Shown piece by piece: positions 20,457 through 31,209 of a stretch of DNA of 64,000 nt (positions are counted from its first letter, which is position 1; every line of letters begins with the position of its first letter). This DNA is from an uncultured delta proteobacterium (GTDB lineage Bacteria; Desulfobacterota; Binatia; UBA9968). The notes under the pieces were generated by a model. It ran no database searches. It worked only from the letters and a program-made list of their open reading frames with translations, and had not been told where the DNA came from. The position numbers were made by a program, and so were the translations under genes. The stretch spans positions 768,001-832,000 of the forward strand of contig CAVYTU010000017.1 in the NCBI GenBank assembly GCA_963771465.1, written 5' to 3'.

Positions 20457-21144
20457 ATGATGACGATTCAACAAACTCCCCAAGCCGACGAGTTCAAACA
20501 ACAACTGCGCGAATCGCTGCAGCGCGAGACCATGAATTCTCACGCCGTGAAGATCGCTCAGACACGACAACGTGTATTCCTGCGGCGATCAAGACGAGAC
20601 GGTTTATTTCATCGAGAGCGGGCAGATCAAACTGCTGATGGTCTCCACCGAGGGTAAAGAGTGTCTGTTGGCCATCCATAGCGGCGGCGATATTTTCGGT
20701 GAACTTTGCCTGTCGGGGTTGGGCGCGCGATTGGAGACCGCGACGGCGATGAAAGCAACGACTTTAAAACAGATACCGTGTTCACAGTTCTTTGCCCGTC
20801 TGAGCCACGACTCGCTGTATGAGGGGTTCGTGCGCTACCTGGCGGTGCGCATAGCCGACCAACAGCAGATCATCGCCAATCTCGTCACGGTCGATAGCGA
20901 GCAGCGGCTGGGCCAGACGTTGTTGCAGTTGGCCCGCACCATGGGCAAGAAGGATCCTCGCAGCATTCGCATCGAGCTCAAGATTACCCATGAAGAACTG
21001 TCCGAGATGGTCGGCACGACACGGCCGAGGATCAGCCTGTTCATGCAGCGGTTCCATAACCTTGGGCTGATCGAGACGAATAAGGACCATTTTCTCATCA
21101 TCAAAGAAACGAAACTCACCGATTACTTAGCGCACATTGCCTAG
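20457..21144 (+). CDS. Crp/Fnr family transcriptional regulator, copy A (one frameshift near 20557)
   Basis: GDIFGELCL, ITHEELSEMVGTTRPRIS HTH; N-terminus (QTPQADEFKQQLRESLQRET) is in another frame and aligns with copy B. Confidence 0.88.
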
Positions 21145-21278
21145 TGCTGCTGAGAGTCTAGGCGAGCCGCGCGATAGTTCTTTCTTGTTGGGTGCATCGC
21201 CGGTCAAAACATCGCGTGACGGCAGGGAAGTCAGGGGAACTCGACCTCTCTCTTCAAACTCCTATTTGCTAAGTCCCG

Positions 21279-21403
21279 TCGACCTTTTGGTCGGGCATCT
21301 CGACTGTTTCGTCGTACCGTCCCAGTGTTTGCTTCCGTCACGCTAGATATTACCCAGCGATGTTAGCTGTCTTCCTGATTGCGAGCACTGGCACATAAGC
21401 TGC
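21279..21403 (+). promoter_or_regulatory. Regulon promoter P1: tandem UAS + sigma54 -24/-12
   Basis: TCGACC-TTTT-GGTCGG (21279), TCGACT-GTTT-CGTCGT (21300), TGGCACATAAGCTGC (21389). Confidence 0.85.
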
Positions 21404-21448
21404 TCTCATAGTGATTGAGAAAAGATATTAGAAAGAAGGTGCCTGACT

Positions 21449-21598
21449 ATGAGCCTGCTGTTGTTGATCGTATTAGTTCTGTTGCTGGTCGGCGGTTTGC
21501 CCAACTGGGGTTATCATAAGTATGGCTTTGCGCCCTCCGGTTTCGCCGGAACGGTGCTGCTCGTCGTGGTCATTTTGCTTTTGACCGGCCGGCTTTAA
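21449..21598 (+). CDS. DUF3309-family small membrane protein, copy A
   Basis: MSLLLLIVLVLLLVGGLPNWGYHKYGFAPSGFAGTVLLVVVILLLTGRL*; below the ORF-track cut-off. Confidence 0.85.
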   Translation: MSLLLLIVLVLLLVGGLPNWGYHKYGFAPSGFAGTVLLVVVILLLTGRL

Positions 21599-21706
21599 AG
21601 AGACCGCAGAGAATTTAAGGCACAGGGTTTCATTCCGGAGGTTACTAGAAATTCTTCGAGTAAGCCTGACTCGACCCTGCTAATCAGTACAACCGAGGAG
21701 GCTGCG

Positions 21707-21935
21707 ATGAAAAAATTAATGTTAGTGTTAGTGCTGTTGATCGGCGTCAGTCAAAGCGGCTGTGCATTCTTGGGCGGCGCGGCGGTAGGCAGCCTTGGGC
21801 ACTGGCGCGGGTTACGAAATCAATGCTAATAGCCAGATGGGCAAGTTGGAAAATGATTACAAAGCCGAGAGAATCTCTCGAAGTGAATACCTAGCTCGTA
21901 AATCGCAGATCGAAAAAGGCTCGATCATCTATTAG
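21707..21935 (+). CDS. Small glycine-rich lipoprotein, copy A (extra G near 21797)
   Basis: MKKLMLVLVLLIGVSQSGC lipobox; one base longer than copies at 31681 and 39321. Confidence 0.75.
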
Positions 21936-22120
21936 GAAACATCATTATTCTGTTCGATCGTATCGCTTCGGATTTAGTCCTAGACCCAAGACTCAATAGA
22001 CTCCCGAAGCGGATGGTTCAAAGAGCAAATAGGCGAATCGTCGCAGCACGGGAAGTTGAACGCTCGCGCTGCGACGATCTTGCGAGGTAGCCAAGGATCA
22101 GCTTAGAAAGGGATAGTATT

Positions 22121-22609
22121 ATGGCCTTTAGCAACGCCTGGTCGAACTGGTGGCGCGGTGTTCTCGGGCCTTCTCCTGATACAAATCAAAAGGTGATTGA
22201 GATCTTGTGCCAGCGGTACGTCGATGAGATGCAGCGAATCGAACGGTTTAAGCAGTATGCGGAGAAGATGCACTACCCGCAGTATCGCGACAAACTCCTG
22301 CGCATGGTGACGGAAAAAAGTCACCATGCCGAGCGGATTGGCGAGCGCATAGTCGCCGTCGGAGGTCTGATGCCGGACGTGGTCGACCAGCGCTCGACCG
22401 CACAAAACAGTTGGCGCTCTTTGTCGATGGCTCTCGACGAGGAGAGTCGCTCGGCCGACCGTCTGGAAGAGCAACTCCGGAGCATTCAATCCGAGCACGC
22501 CGACATCGCCCAATTCCTGCAACAGATTTCTCAAGAGCAAGAGAATCACCGTGTGGTAATCCGCGATATGATGATGCGCAGCGATCCGTTTGCGCTCTCG
22601 CTCGCTTAG
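22121..22609 (+). CDS. Ferritin-like domain protein
   Basis: Four-helix pattern EKSHHAERIGERIVAVGG and EQENH. Confidence 0.7.
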   Translation: MAFSNAWSNWWRGVLGPSPDTNQKVIEILCQRYVDEMQRIERFKQYAEKMHYPQYRDKLLRMVTEKSHHAERIGERIVAVGGLMPDVVDQRSTAQNSWRSLSMALDEESRSADRLEEQLRSIQSEHADIAQFLQQISQEQENHRVVIRDMMMRSDPFALSLA

Positions 22610-22713
22610 GACCAAGCTTAGCTCGCCCTCTCGAAGTACAACATTCGCAGAATCCAAAACGCATCGTTACACGTTTTCATCGCGGTGATTCAGTGAGATC
22701 TGAATGATCCAAA

Positions 22714-22838
22714 CCGACCCTTTGGTCGAGAGTCTCGACGCTTTCGACGGAACTCTCTCCGCTTCTCGCTGCCAGACTATACAAAGCGATCGGATCACCT
22801 AGCTTTTTCCGCACTACAAGCCGTGGCACAGAGCTTGC
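22714..22838 (+). promoter_or_regulatory. Regulon promoter P2: tandem UAS + sigma54 -24/-12
   Basis: CCGACC-CTTT-GGTCGA (22714), TCGACG-CTTT-CGACGG (22735), TGGCACAGAGCTTGC (22824). Confidence 0.88.
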
Positions 22839-22878
22839 GCATTCTTAGTTCGATCGTCCCAAGAGACAAACTATCTAT

Positions 22879-23073
22879 ATGCTTGCAACCATTTTGATCG
22901 TCGTCATGATTTTGTTGCAGACAGGTGCGCTGTCACTGACTTTCATGATCGATCGACGATTTATTACCGCGGCGGTGAGGTCGAAACGTAAATCGGCTCA
23001 CTCAACAATACATAACCGGGAGCGGCCCAAAAGGCGCCGGTCTCGGAAACAGGGAGGTGCTTTATGCCTTTAG
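22879..23073 (+). CDS. Small membrane ORF, possibly a decayed DUF3309 paralog
   Basis: MLATILIVVMILLQTGAL resembles DUF3309 N-termini; first ORF after P2. Confidence 0.35.
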   Translation: MLATILIVVMILLQTGALSLTFMIDRRFITAAVRSKRKSAHSTIHNRERPKRRRSRKQGGALCL

Positions 23074-23282
23074 TTCAACTCGTAGTCGTCCTGATCGTGG
23101 TTGGTGTTCTGCTCGGCCTGGTCAATCGCTACATACCGATGGCAGGATCGATCAAATCGATTCTCAATGGCGTTGTCGTCATCGGCGTAGTGCTGTGGCT
23201 GTTGAATGTTTTCGGGCTCATTAACTCGATCTCGGCGATCCGTGTGGGGAAGTTGTCTTGGCTCGGCGCCATCGGCGCATAG
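23064..23282 (+). CDS. Thivi_2564-family small membrane protein
   Basis: MPLVQLVVVLIVVGVLLGLVNRYIPMAGSIKSILNGVVVIGVVLWLLNVFG; RBS GGAGGT. Confidence 0.8.
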   Translation: MPLVQLVVVLIVVGVLLGLVNRYIPMAGSIKSILNGVVVIGVVLWLLNVFGLINSISAIRVGKLSWLGAIGA

Positions 23283-23359
23283 TTGTGGCGAAGAGGACTC
23301 CCGAAGTTTCCAACCAGCCTGTAGTGTAACCGATAATCAGTGATCATGGAGTACCGTCT

Positions 23360-25930
23360 ATGTTGTATTGGTCACTGTTTTTTCTTTGTGTTACTCTAGC
23401 CGCGGGGCTACTAGGAATTGCTTTCACTGCGGCGCACGCGCGAAAAACTTTGCCGGCGCTCTATCCACACATTCGCTGGAACTGGGCGACTACTATTCCA
23501 ACTGGGTTCAGACGTTTGCGCGCGAGAGCACTGGCGGTGGCTCGCTTCACCAAACGACATTGGTGGCGAGGCATCCTTAATCTGGTAATTTGCACAACGC
23601 CGATAATAGCCGCTGTCGTGTCAATCGGAATTTATCGCGTCTATTTTGACCGCAAAGATTTGCCTGACATAGAAGCTTTCGTCCGCTTTGAATTTCCTAC
23701 CATCGGCACCGTCTACGATGCCAACGGCCAGCCGCTCATTGAACTGGCAAAAGAGTACCGCAAGATCACCCAGTATGAGGACATTCCGGCGATTGTTCGT
23801 GATGCCATCATCGCGACCGAAGACAAACACTTCTTCTCCCATAGCGGCGTTGATTATTCGGCATTTCCTCGCGTGCTGGGCAAAGTCAGGATTCGGGTTC
23901 TGGCGGCAGGGCTCACAGGTTTCGGCGGGCAAGACGAAGTTGAGAGCCCGGCGCTTCTGCCGCAAGGTGGATCGACGATCACTCAACAGCTCGTGCGCGG
24001 TCATTTTCTCAAAAACCTGACGGCGAATGAAAACAGCCACCAGCTCCAGCATGCCGGAATCGTACCGGGCGCGCTGTCTGCCGTGGTCGGCGGCCGGACC
24101 GTCAACATGCTGGTTCGCAAGCTGGAGGAGATGCGCCTCTCGTTGTGGCTCGAAAAAGCGATGGAGAATCGTTTCGGCTCGAAACGCAAGGCTAAGGAAG
24201 AGATTCTCGCCCGCTATGCCAGTTTCATTTACATGGGAAACAGCCAGTACGGGTTTGCCACCGCAGCGGAATATTATTTTGGCCGGCCGCTCGCCACTTT
24301 CACCGCCGATGACGCCGACAAGGCAGCGCTCCTCGCCGGCATCGCCAAGTCGCCGCGTTACTACGCTCCCACTGCGAAGGACAGCTCAAGGGTGTTGCGC
24401 CGCAGGAACCAAACCTTGGCGCTCATGGCAGGGAACGGTTTTATTTCTCGGGACACAAGGAGTGCAGCCGAACAGCGCCCAATTCAGGTGATCGCGCAGC
24501 GCAAAAGCAAGATGCTTGGGGCGCCCGCGGTCATGGATAATGTCCTTCAGGAACTCAAGCGCCGCGGCGACCTCGGCGTTGAGGATATTCTGCAAGGGCG
24601 TATCCAGGTTTACTCGACGGTGGATGTTCGCATGCAGCAACTGGCCAACCAGGCCCTGGAGCGCGGCCTCGAGCTCTACGAGCGGCGACACCCGAGTGCC
24701 AAAGGGATAGTCCAAGGTTCTGTGGTCGTGTTGAGGAACCGCGATGCGAGCATTCTCGCCGAGACGGGCGGCCGTCAGTTCTACAAGAACCGCTCCGCCG
24801 CATACAGCGACTTTAACCGCGTCACCAACTCCCTGCGGCAACCTGGATCAACGATGAAACCCATGGTTTATCTCGCTGCTTTTCGACAGGGAGGCTTTAA
24901 TCTTGAGACCGTGGTTCCCGACGAACCGATCGGTGTGCCGGACGGCGAGAAGCAGAATACGAAATGGATCTCGAACTACGATAAAACATTCAGAGGCATG
25001 ATTCCGCTCCGCGAGGCGCTCGCAGAATCCAGAAACGCCGTGGCGATTTGGCTCACGGGGGAGATCGGCATTGGCAGTGTTCTGGGCACGTCACGGAGTC
25101 TCGGGGTCAAGACGCGATTGCAGCCCTATGCGACGACGGGGTTGGGCGCGTCCGAAGTAAATTTGCTGGAGCTCGCCAATGCGTACCGCGCCATGGCATC
25201 GGGGATCTTCGCCGAGCCGTATGTGATCCGAAAAATCGTCCGCGATTCAGGCGAAGTGATGACCGAAAACGCAATGGAGCAGTCTGCGGTCAATATCAAC
25301 GACTCCGCGCTCGCGCTGATTCAGGAAGGCTTGCGCGGTGTGGTGCGTATGCCCAGCGGCACGGCCCATACGCTTAACTCTAACGTTTTCCCAATCGCGG
25401 TCATGGGCAAGACCGGGACGACAAACGAGTTCAGAGATGCGCTCTTTGTCGGCTCGACTTACGGCGCCGACGGCATCACCATCGCCGTCCGTGTCGGCTT
25501 CGACGATAACCGTTCGCTCGGAGCCAATGAAACCGGCGGTCGGCTGGCGTTGCCGGTTTTCAAAGAACTCATGCTCAACGTGTACCGCGAAAAGTTGGTC
25601 GGCGCCGCGCCCAAGTTTCCGCCGCAGATGGAGCAGAATATTAGCGATTATTTGGCGGGCGGCACCGTCGCAACGGGAGAGCCGTTAATCGAATTTAACC
25701 CTGTCAAATTTGCCAGTGCCCCTTTCGGTGCGTTTGACGGATCGCGGCGAAGCGTCTCAAGGACAGCCGTAGAAATATTTCAATCAAAATGTCTAAAATT
25801 GGACTGCGATCTATGTCAATTTGATCGACAATTCAAAAGTCTTCAAAAACTTATGGAAACTTTGAATAGACGGGATATCCTCCAGGAAGTTTCTAACCGA
25901 ATGCGGGTATTCCGGGTGGTATGTGGTTGA
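23360..25930 (+). CDS. Class A penicillin-binding protein (transglycosylase + transpeptidase) with DUF1328-like N-terminus
   Basis: EDKHFFSHSGVD, GGSTITQQL, RKLEE, QPGSTMKP (SxxK), SRN (SxN), GKTGT. Confidence 0.9.
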   Translation: MLYWSLFFLCVTLAAGLLGIAFTAAHARKTLPALYPHIRWNWATTIPTGFRRLRARALAVARFTKRHWWRGILNLVICTTPIIAAVVSIGIYRVYFDRKDLPDIEAFVRFEFPTIGTVYDANGQPLIELAKEYRKITQYEDIPAIVRDAIIATEDKHFFSHSGVDYSAFPRVLGKVRIRVLAAGLTGFGGQDEVESPALLPQGGSTITQQLVRGHFLKNLTANENSHQLQHAGIVPGALSAVVGGRTVNMLVRKLEEMRLSLWLEKAMENRFGSKRKAKEEILARYASFIYMGNSQYGFATAAEYYFGRPLATFTADDADKAALLAGIAKSPRYYAPTAKDSSRVLRRRNQTLALMAGNGFISRDTRSAAEQRPIQVIAQRKSKMLGAPAVMDNVLQELKRRGDLGVEDILQGRIQVYSTVDVRMQQLANQALERGLELYERRHPSAKGIVQGSVVVLRNRDASILAETGGRQFYKNRSAAYSDFNRVTNSLRQPGSTMKPMVYLAAFRQGGFNLETVVPDEPIGVPDGEKQNTKWISNYDKTFRGMIPLREALAESRNAVAIWLTGEIGIGSVLGTSRSLGVKTRLQPYATTGLGASEVNLLELANAYRAMASGIFAEPYVIRKIVRDSGEVMTENAMEQSAVNINDSALALIQEGLRGVVRMPSGTAHTLNSNVFPIAVMGKTGTTNEFRDALFVGSTYGADGITIAVRVGFDDNRSLGANETGGRLALPVFKELMLNVYREKLVGAAPKFPPQMEQNISDYLAGGTVATGEPLIEFNPVKFASAPFGAFDGSRRSVSRTAVEIFQSKCLKLDCDLCQFDRQFKSLQKLMETLNRRDILQEVSNRMRVFRVVCG

Positions 25931-26321
25931 ACCGTGTAGGTTAAGTACTGAAAACTTCCTCCTCTTTAATCCTAAGGAGAAAAAGATGGGGGAGATTTCG
26001 ATCCCCGATGAGTGGCTCGACGACCCGCACCAACGGAGCACCATCGGTGAATCGCTTGCGACGACGATCGAAAATTGCAAGGACGCTATTCCTAAGCGCG
26101 TCTAAGTTCTTCCCTTCATCCCGCCCTTGAGCTGTTCCGCGGCGGCGCGGCCGAGAACACGGCCTTAGATCGCCGCGGTTGGTTTGTCTTTCTCTCTCCC
26201 TTAGCCTCGCAATAGTTCTTTCGCGACCGTCCGGTATTGGACAGCATTCGATCCTGGTTACGTGCATGATGTGCGTCGAATAGCGCTTATCCAAAAAGCG
26301 CCATTTCAAAAGGAGTCTCAG

Positions 26322-28382
26322 ATGAAAACGGTAAAAGTTATTTTATTGGTGATGGCGGTACTTCTGCTGCCCAGATTCGCCGATGCATTAGACCTCGGTT
26401 CTGTGCGAATCAGCTTTTTGGAAGGCGATGTCCAGATGAGGACGACCGAGGCGGATGACTGGGTCCCTGCCGCGATTAACACACCTCTCGATGAAGGCGA
26501 CGAATTATGGGTGCCGGAGGGCGGCAGGATGGAGTTTCAGCTCAACACCGGGACTGCCGTGAGACTGGACCAGAATTCAGCGTTGCAGATACTGACTCTC
26601 GAGAGCAATTCTTCCCAGTTTTATCTAACTGAGGGGCATGTGTATGTGGATCATAATGCCCCGCGCGGTCATGTCCTCCAGTTCGACACCCCAGTATCAT
26701 CCCTGCGCGCCTATGACCGATCAGTTTTTAGAGTCGATGTCCCTGATCAGTATACCGATGTCTCGGTGTTTCGCGGTTCAGTAGACGCGGAAGGAAGCGA
26801 TGGCAGGACGCGGGTCAGCGCGGGCAGGACTCTGACACTCGGCGAGGGCAGAGAGGCGGAACTCTCGCCGGTCGGACGGGCCGATGCCTGGCAAAATTGG
26901 AATACTGAACGAGATCGGCGGTTCGCATTACGTGGAGACAGTTACCGATATCTCCCCGAAGAACTGCGAGTTTACTCCAGAGATTTGGATGACAATGGAA
27001 GGTGGATACAGGTTTCGGAATACGGTTACGTATGGACACCCCGCTCGGTCTCAACGGACTGGACGCCCTACCGAACCGGGAGGTGGATGTGGAGAGGCGG
27101 AGATTATGTATGGATAGGCTCTGAGCCCTGGGGATGGACACCGTATCATTACGGCAGATGGGCCCATGCTCCCCGAATCGGATGGTTTTGGGTTCCGCCC
27201 CAGCGGCGCCAAGTCTACTGGGGTCCCGGATACGTGGGGTGGGTTAAGACTCGCGATCACGTCGCTTGGGTGCCGCTGGCACCGCGGGAAGTGTACTACG
27301 GTTATGGCAACTACGGTCCGAACAGCGTGGACATTAGAAAGCGCAATGTAAGAGAGATCAACATAACCAACATCACCTACAAGAATGTGCAGGTGAACAA
27401 CAGCGTGACGGTCATCAATAATAATAGCTTCGTGAGCGGACGGCGCGATGTGGTCAATGTCAGAGAGAACCCGTTCTTGACCGAGAAGATAAACGTCGGC
27501 AGGCCGGACATAAAACCTGAAAAGGCGAGTTTTGCGCCGGTGGTAAAAACCATCGACCCCGCCAAGCTGCCGCCGCAGCAAGTCACCAAAATAGCGGTGA
27601 AAGATCTCAAACAAGAAAGGCGACTAGTCAAAGAGCAAAATCAGTCCGTGATCAACAAGGGTGAGCCGGTAAAATCCTTGGTCGTAAAGGCCGTGGCGCA
27701 ACCCAAGAGCCCAACGGAAAAAGTGCAAGAGCGTCAGCAGAAGGGCGCGAGCGCAGCAGCAGGAGAAACCCCTCGGGTGAAGAGTGAAGAAAAGTCTGCG
27801 AGCTCGAGCGCACCGCCTGCTGAGACCAAGGCAACAAAGGGCGGCAGTCCGTCAACCCCTCAACCGGCGGCGAAGCAAGCGGAGAGCGCTCGCGAAAAAG
27901 CGCAAGAGCCCCGGCAGACGCAGATGGAAAAGGGTAAGAGCGGTCCAGCAGTGGAAAGCCCCAGAGCCAAGGGAGAGGAAAAGTCCGCAGGCCCCGCCGC
28001 AACCACCGAGACAAAGGAGACTAAAGGCCGCAAGAGTCCTGCGCCAGTGTCTGAAACAAAACCTGAATCAACGGTCGAGCCGAGAGACAGAAAGTCGCCG
28101 CGGGCTGAAGAAAAGGCTGCAACCCCGGTCAAACCGGTCGAGACAATCGAGAGGAAAAGCGCAAAGCAATCAGGTCCTGACGACGGGCAAAAGTCAACGC
28201 CAAGTTCCGCTAAGGCCTCGAAGGCGAGCGATGAAACTAAAGGCAGCAAGCAAACCGTGGCGGAAAAAAAGGAATCAAGAGAAGAAAAGAAGGTCAAGAA
28301 AGAGGAACTCGACAGCAAGGGGAAATCCACTGAGACCAAAGAAGAGAAGATCGAGGAAAAACAGAAAACTCGCGATCAGTAG
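26322..28382 (+). CDS. Exported FecR-like + DUF6600-like (W/G/Y-rich) protein with long low-complexity K/E/S tail
   Basis: Signal peptide, AAINTPLDEGDELW, WTPYRTGRW, EPWGWTPYHYGRW, VAWVPLAPRE. Confidence 0.78.
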   Translation: MKTVKVILLVMAVLLLPRFADALDLGSVRISFLEGDVQMRTTEADDWVPAAINTPLDEGDELWVPEGGRMEFQLNTGTAVRLDQNSALQILTLESNSSQFYLTEGHVYVDHNAPRGHVLQFDTPVSSLRAYDRSVFRVDVPDQYTDVSVFRGSVDAEGSDGRTRVSAGRTLTLGEGREAELSPVGRADAWQNWNTERDRRFALRGDSYRYLPEELRVYSRDLDDNGRWIQVSEYGYVWTPRSVSTDWTPYRTGRWMWRGGDYVWIGSEPWGWTPYHYGRWAHAPRIGWFWVPPQRRQVYWGPGYVGWVKTRDHVAWVPLAPREVYYGYGNYGPNSVDIRKRNVREINITNITYKNVQVNNSVTVINNNSFVSGRRDVVNVRENPFLTEKINVGRPDIKPEKASFAPVVKTIDPAKLPPQQVTKIAVKDLKQERRLVKEQNQSVINKGEPVKSLVVKAVAQPKSPTEKVQERQQKGASAAAGETPRVKSEEKSASSSAPPAETKATKGGSPSTPQPAAKQAESAREKAQEPRQTQMEKGKSGPAVESPRAKGEEKSAGPAATTETKETKGRKSPAPVSETKPESTVEPRDRKSPRAEEKAATPVKPVETIERKSAKQSGPDDGQKSTPSSAKASKASDETKGSKQTVAEKKESREEKKVKKEELDSKGKSTETKEEKIEEKQKTRDQ

Positions 28383-29434
28383 GACGTTAATAAAGAGGAT
28401 TAGTTGACGACCGCTCCGTTTTGCATAGCAAATTATTTCAAAAAGCTAATGACACCATCTGGCAGCAGAGAGAATGATTCAGAAGTTGTTCTCTCTGCCG
28501 CGCGGCAATTGACAAATGCCTGTCTCGACTTTGAGAGCAATTCGAGCAGTCCGCAAACAGGATTTAATTGCATGGTGCTGCCTTAATCACTGCGACCTAA
28601 TTTCACTAACTCCGCTCCGTCATAGCGCGCCGCAGGTGTCGCGGCTCCAGCGATAAATCTTATCCAGTTCGTCCAATTTTGGACAGAAACCCTCGTTGAC
28701 TCGGCTTAGGCTATTTCGAAATAGATGGAGGTGACCGATGGCTGCTGACAACCGCCGTGCCGAGGGTCGACGACCGCCACACCGAGGCAGAAGTGACCGC
28801 GAAAGTAATCCAGTATTGGGGGAGATTCGAGATGAGGAAAGCATCCCTTTGGGGAAAGAGCTGCCAAATCGAGAAACACGTGATTGGCAACGACGGCGCG
28901 GGCGATCGCATTTACAGCCGTTGGACACGCACAATTAGAGCCGGCGCCATTACCAGTGGAATGCTTGTAAAGCTCAGCAAAATTATTCTTTCCACTTTGG
29001 AGCTCGGTTTAAGCTTGCCCCAGCATAGCACGCTGTAAACGCGATAATGGTCGGTGGGGCAGAAAGATCGTTTTTGCGTTTCGAAGACGGCGCTAGCGTC
29101 GATTAGAACGATATCGCGATGAAAAGAGCAAGATTGCTATTGCATCTAATGATGGCACTGGGTCTTGGTGGGGAATGCTTTGCACTTTCAAACCGAGCCG
29201 CAGCCGCTGGCACGCTCCGGGAGGGACGTGGCGTGCACCCCGTGTACGAAAATGGTTCCAAAGCTCAGATTGTCGCCATAGCGGAAAAGAGTCATAGAGA
29301 CGAAAAAAATTGTCTCGCGCCGGTCCGATTAACGAGGACGAGGCGAAACGATTGAGGTTGATTTTTCTGCTCATGATGAGTCTGGGTCAATATCGGACCC
29401 TAACTCATTAGAACGCGGAAAAAATTCGAGCGAT

Positions 29435-29560
29435 CCGACTGTTTAGTCGAAAGTCTCGACGCGATTGACGAGGTGCCTTGGCATTTCTCTTTTCCATTCC
29501 GAAAAATCCCGAGCTAAATCCGGCCGTCTCCGACATTTCAGCGTGCGGCACAACAGTTGC
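29435..29560 (+). promoter_or_regulatory. Regulon promoter P3: tandem UAS + sigma54 -24/-12
   Basis: CCGACT-GTTT-AGTCGA (29435), TCGACG-CGAT-TGACGA (29456), CGGCACAACAGTTGC (29546). Confidence 0.85.
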
Positions 29561-29613
29561 CCTAGAAAGTTTTATCGAGTCTGCGCTCGCCGCCGCGAAG
29601 GGAAGATGTGGTG

Positions 29614-29790
29614 ATGGACAAAATCATTCTGATTTTGCTGATCGGAATTTTCGGTTGGTGGATAGGAAACATGACGGGACAAGCTGCTTATGAGCCGGTA
29701 TTTGAAACCGACCCTAGCGAGATCGATATGATCTTCGGGATTGTCGGCGCTTCAGTCAGCGGTTACTTGTATGCGATTGTGCCCCGGTAG
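29614..29790 (+). CDS. GlsB/YeaQ/YmgE-like small stress membrane protein (divergent)
   Basis: ILLIGIFGWWIG...DMIFGIVGASVSGYL pattern; first ORF after P3. Confidence 0.55.
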   Translation: MDKIILILLIGIFGWWIGNMTGQAAYEPVFETDPSEIDMIFGIVGASVSGYLYAIVPR

Positions 29791-29972
29791 CTAAAAACCG
29801 CCGAGCGAATGAAACCCAACTTTCGCTCTTTGTTTGCGTCCGCATTGGAGCAACCCGACGGCTTTTTAATGTCATCGAGTGTTGGACTGGAGTATGGCGA
29901 TGATTCTAAATCATCATCAGCAATAGCAACCCGATCCTTGCGCAAGGATCCGAACATTGAATGGAGATCAGT

Positions 29973-30185
29973 ATGTGGAACAAAGATGAGATCAAAGGCA
30001 AGGGTAAGCAAATCACTGGGGCGATCAAGGACAAGACGGGGGAATTGACTAACAATCCCAAGCTCGAAGCTAAGGGCGAAGCCGAACGCAGCGTTGGAAA
30101 ACTTCAGGAGCAGAGCGGCAAAGCGCGCCGGAAAACCGGTGAAGCAATTCAGAAGGTCGGCAAGGCGATTGCCGGCAAATTATAA
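29973..30185 (+). CDS. csbD: CsbD-family general stress protein
   Basis: MWNKDEIKGKGKQITGAIKDKTGELTNNPKLEAKGEAERSVGKLQE. Confidence 0.9.
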   Translation: MWNKDEIKGKGKQITGAIKDKTGELTNNPKLEAKGEAERSVGKLQEQSGKARRKTGEAIQKVGKAIAGKL

Positions 30186-30301
30186 CTCGCGAGTTAGCTT
30201 ACTGACTCGTACCACGTTTGGCAGCAGAGAGTTGTTTAATCAACTCTCTGCCGCCGGGCAACCCATAGCGGAGCTGCTGACCGCGAACGGAGGACACCGT
30301 G

Positions 30302-30721
30302 ATGTATTCCTCATCGCCATTTTCCCGTTTCGCCAAGTGGACGGCACGAGCCACCGGCCATCCGGCGGCATTCGTCGCCGCCGCTTCGATCATTGTAGGC
30401 TGGGGCGTGACGGGCCCGATATTCAAGTTCAGCGACACGTGGCAACTGGTCATAAACACCGGCACGACGATCGTCACGTTCCTGATGGTATTTCTGATTC
30501 AAAATACCCAGAACCGCGATAGCCACGCCGTCCAACTCAAGCTCGACGAACTGATTCGCGCGGTGGGCGGCGCGCACAATGCGTTGCTCGACCTCGAAGA
30601 GCTTGAAGAAGCAGATCTCGAGCGCTTTCGCGCGCGCTATGAAGAACTCGCGTGCGCTGCACGGGAAGCGCTGGGGCGTGGGGAATTGGATACCGGCACG
30701 CCGGAAGTCAGATCGGATTGA
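30302..30721 (+). CDS. Low-affinity iron permease family small membrane protein
   Basis: FSDTWQLVINTGTTIVTFLMVFLIQNTQNRD...QLKLDELIRA. Confidence 0.92.
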   Translation: MYSSSPFSRFAKWTARATGHPAAFVAAASIIVGWGVTGPIFKFSDTWQLVINTGTTIVTFLMVFLIQNTQNRDSHAVQLKLDELIRAVGGAHNALLDLEELEEADLERFRARYEELACAAREALGRGELDTGTPEVRSD

Positions 30722-30903
30722 GTCACGCGTTCCGTGAAGATCGTTAGGCGCGACGCTTTGGCAAAATTTTAAGATAGCAGAATCGGGGCAAGGATTGCCT
30801 TTCGTTAATTTTTTCGTCGGTGATGCACTCAAGAGAGTCTCGTGGAGTCAGATAAAGCGAGTGGCATCAAAATATCGTTCGTTTAACACTTTAACTCAAG
30901 CTC

Positions 30904-31026
30904 TCGACCATTTGGTCGAGAGTTTCGACCATTTAGGTTTTATCTGTCGGTTTTTTTCAGACAACAGGAAACCAGCTACCGTAAACACAGCCTTTCTCGC
31001 CTAATAGCGCTTGGCATGGATAGTGC
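30904..31026 (+). promoter_or_regulatory. Regulon promoter P4: tandem UAS + sigma54 -24/-12
   Basis: TCGACC-ATTT-GGTCGA (30904), TCGACC-ATTT half site (30925), TGGCATGGATAGTGC (31012). Confidence 0.83.
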
Positions 31027-31072
31027 GCTAATCCAGGAGTGAAGAATCGACAACCCAAATAGAGGAGAGACT

Positions 31073-31153
31073 ATGGATACTATACTGATCGTTATTCTCG
31101 TGTTGCTTGTGGTCGGTGGTGGCGGCTGGGGATATTCTCGTCGGCGCCGGTAG
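31073..31153 (+). CDS. 26-aa single-TM membrane peptide
   Basis: RBS AGAGGAG; MDTILIVILVLLVVGGGGWGYSRRRR*. Confidence 0.75.
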   Translation: MDTILIVILVLLVVGGGGWGYSRRRR

Positions 31154-31209
31154 CGGCCGTTGACTAGTGCAGCGGTAAATCGCAAACGTGAATGAAAGGA
31201 GAATCTGAC

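Noticed and set aside
28404-29374. Several short ORFs (28738, 28757, 29119) and 25986..26105
   Set aside because: No recognisable motifs; RBS-like sequences precede 28738 and 25986 but support is too weak to call.
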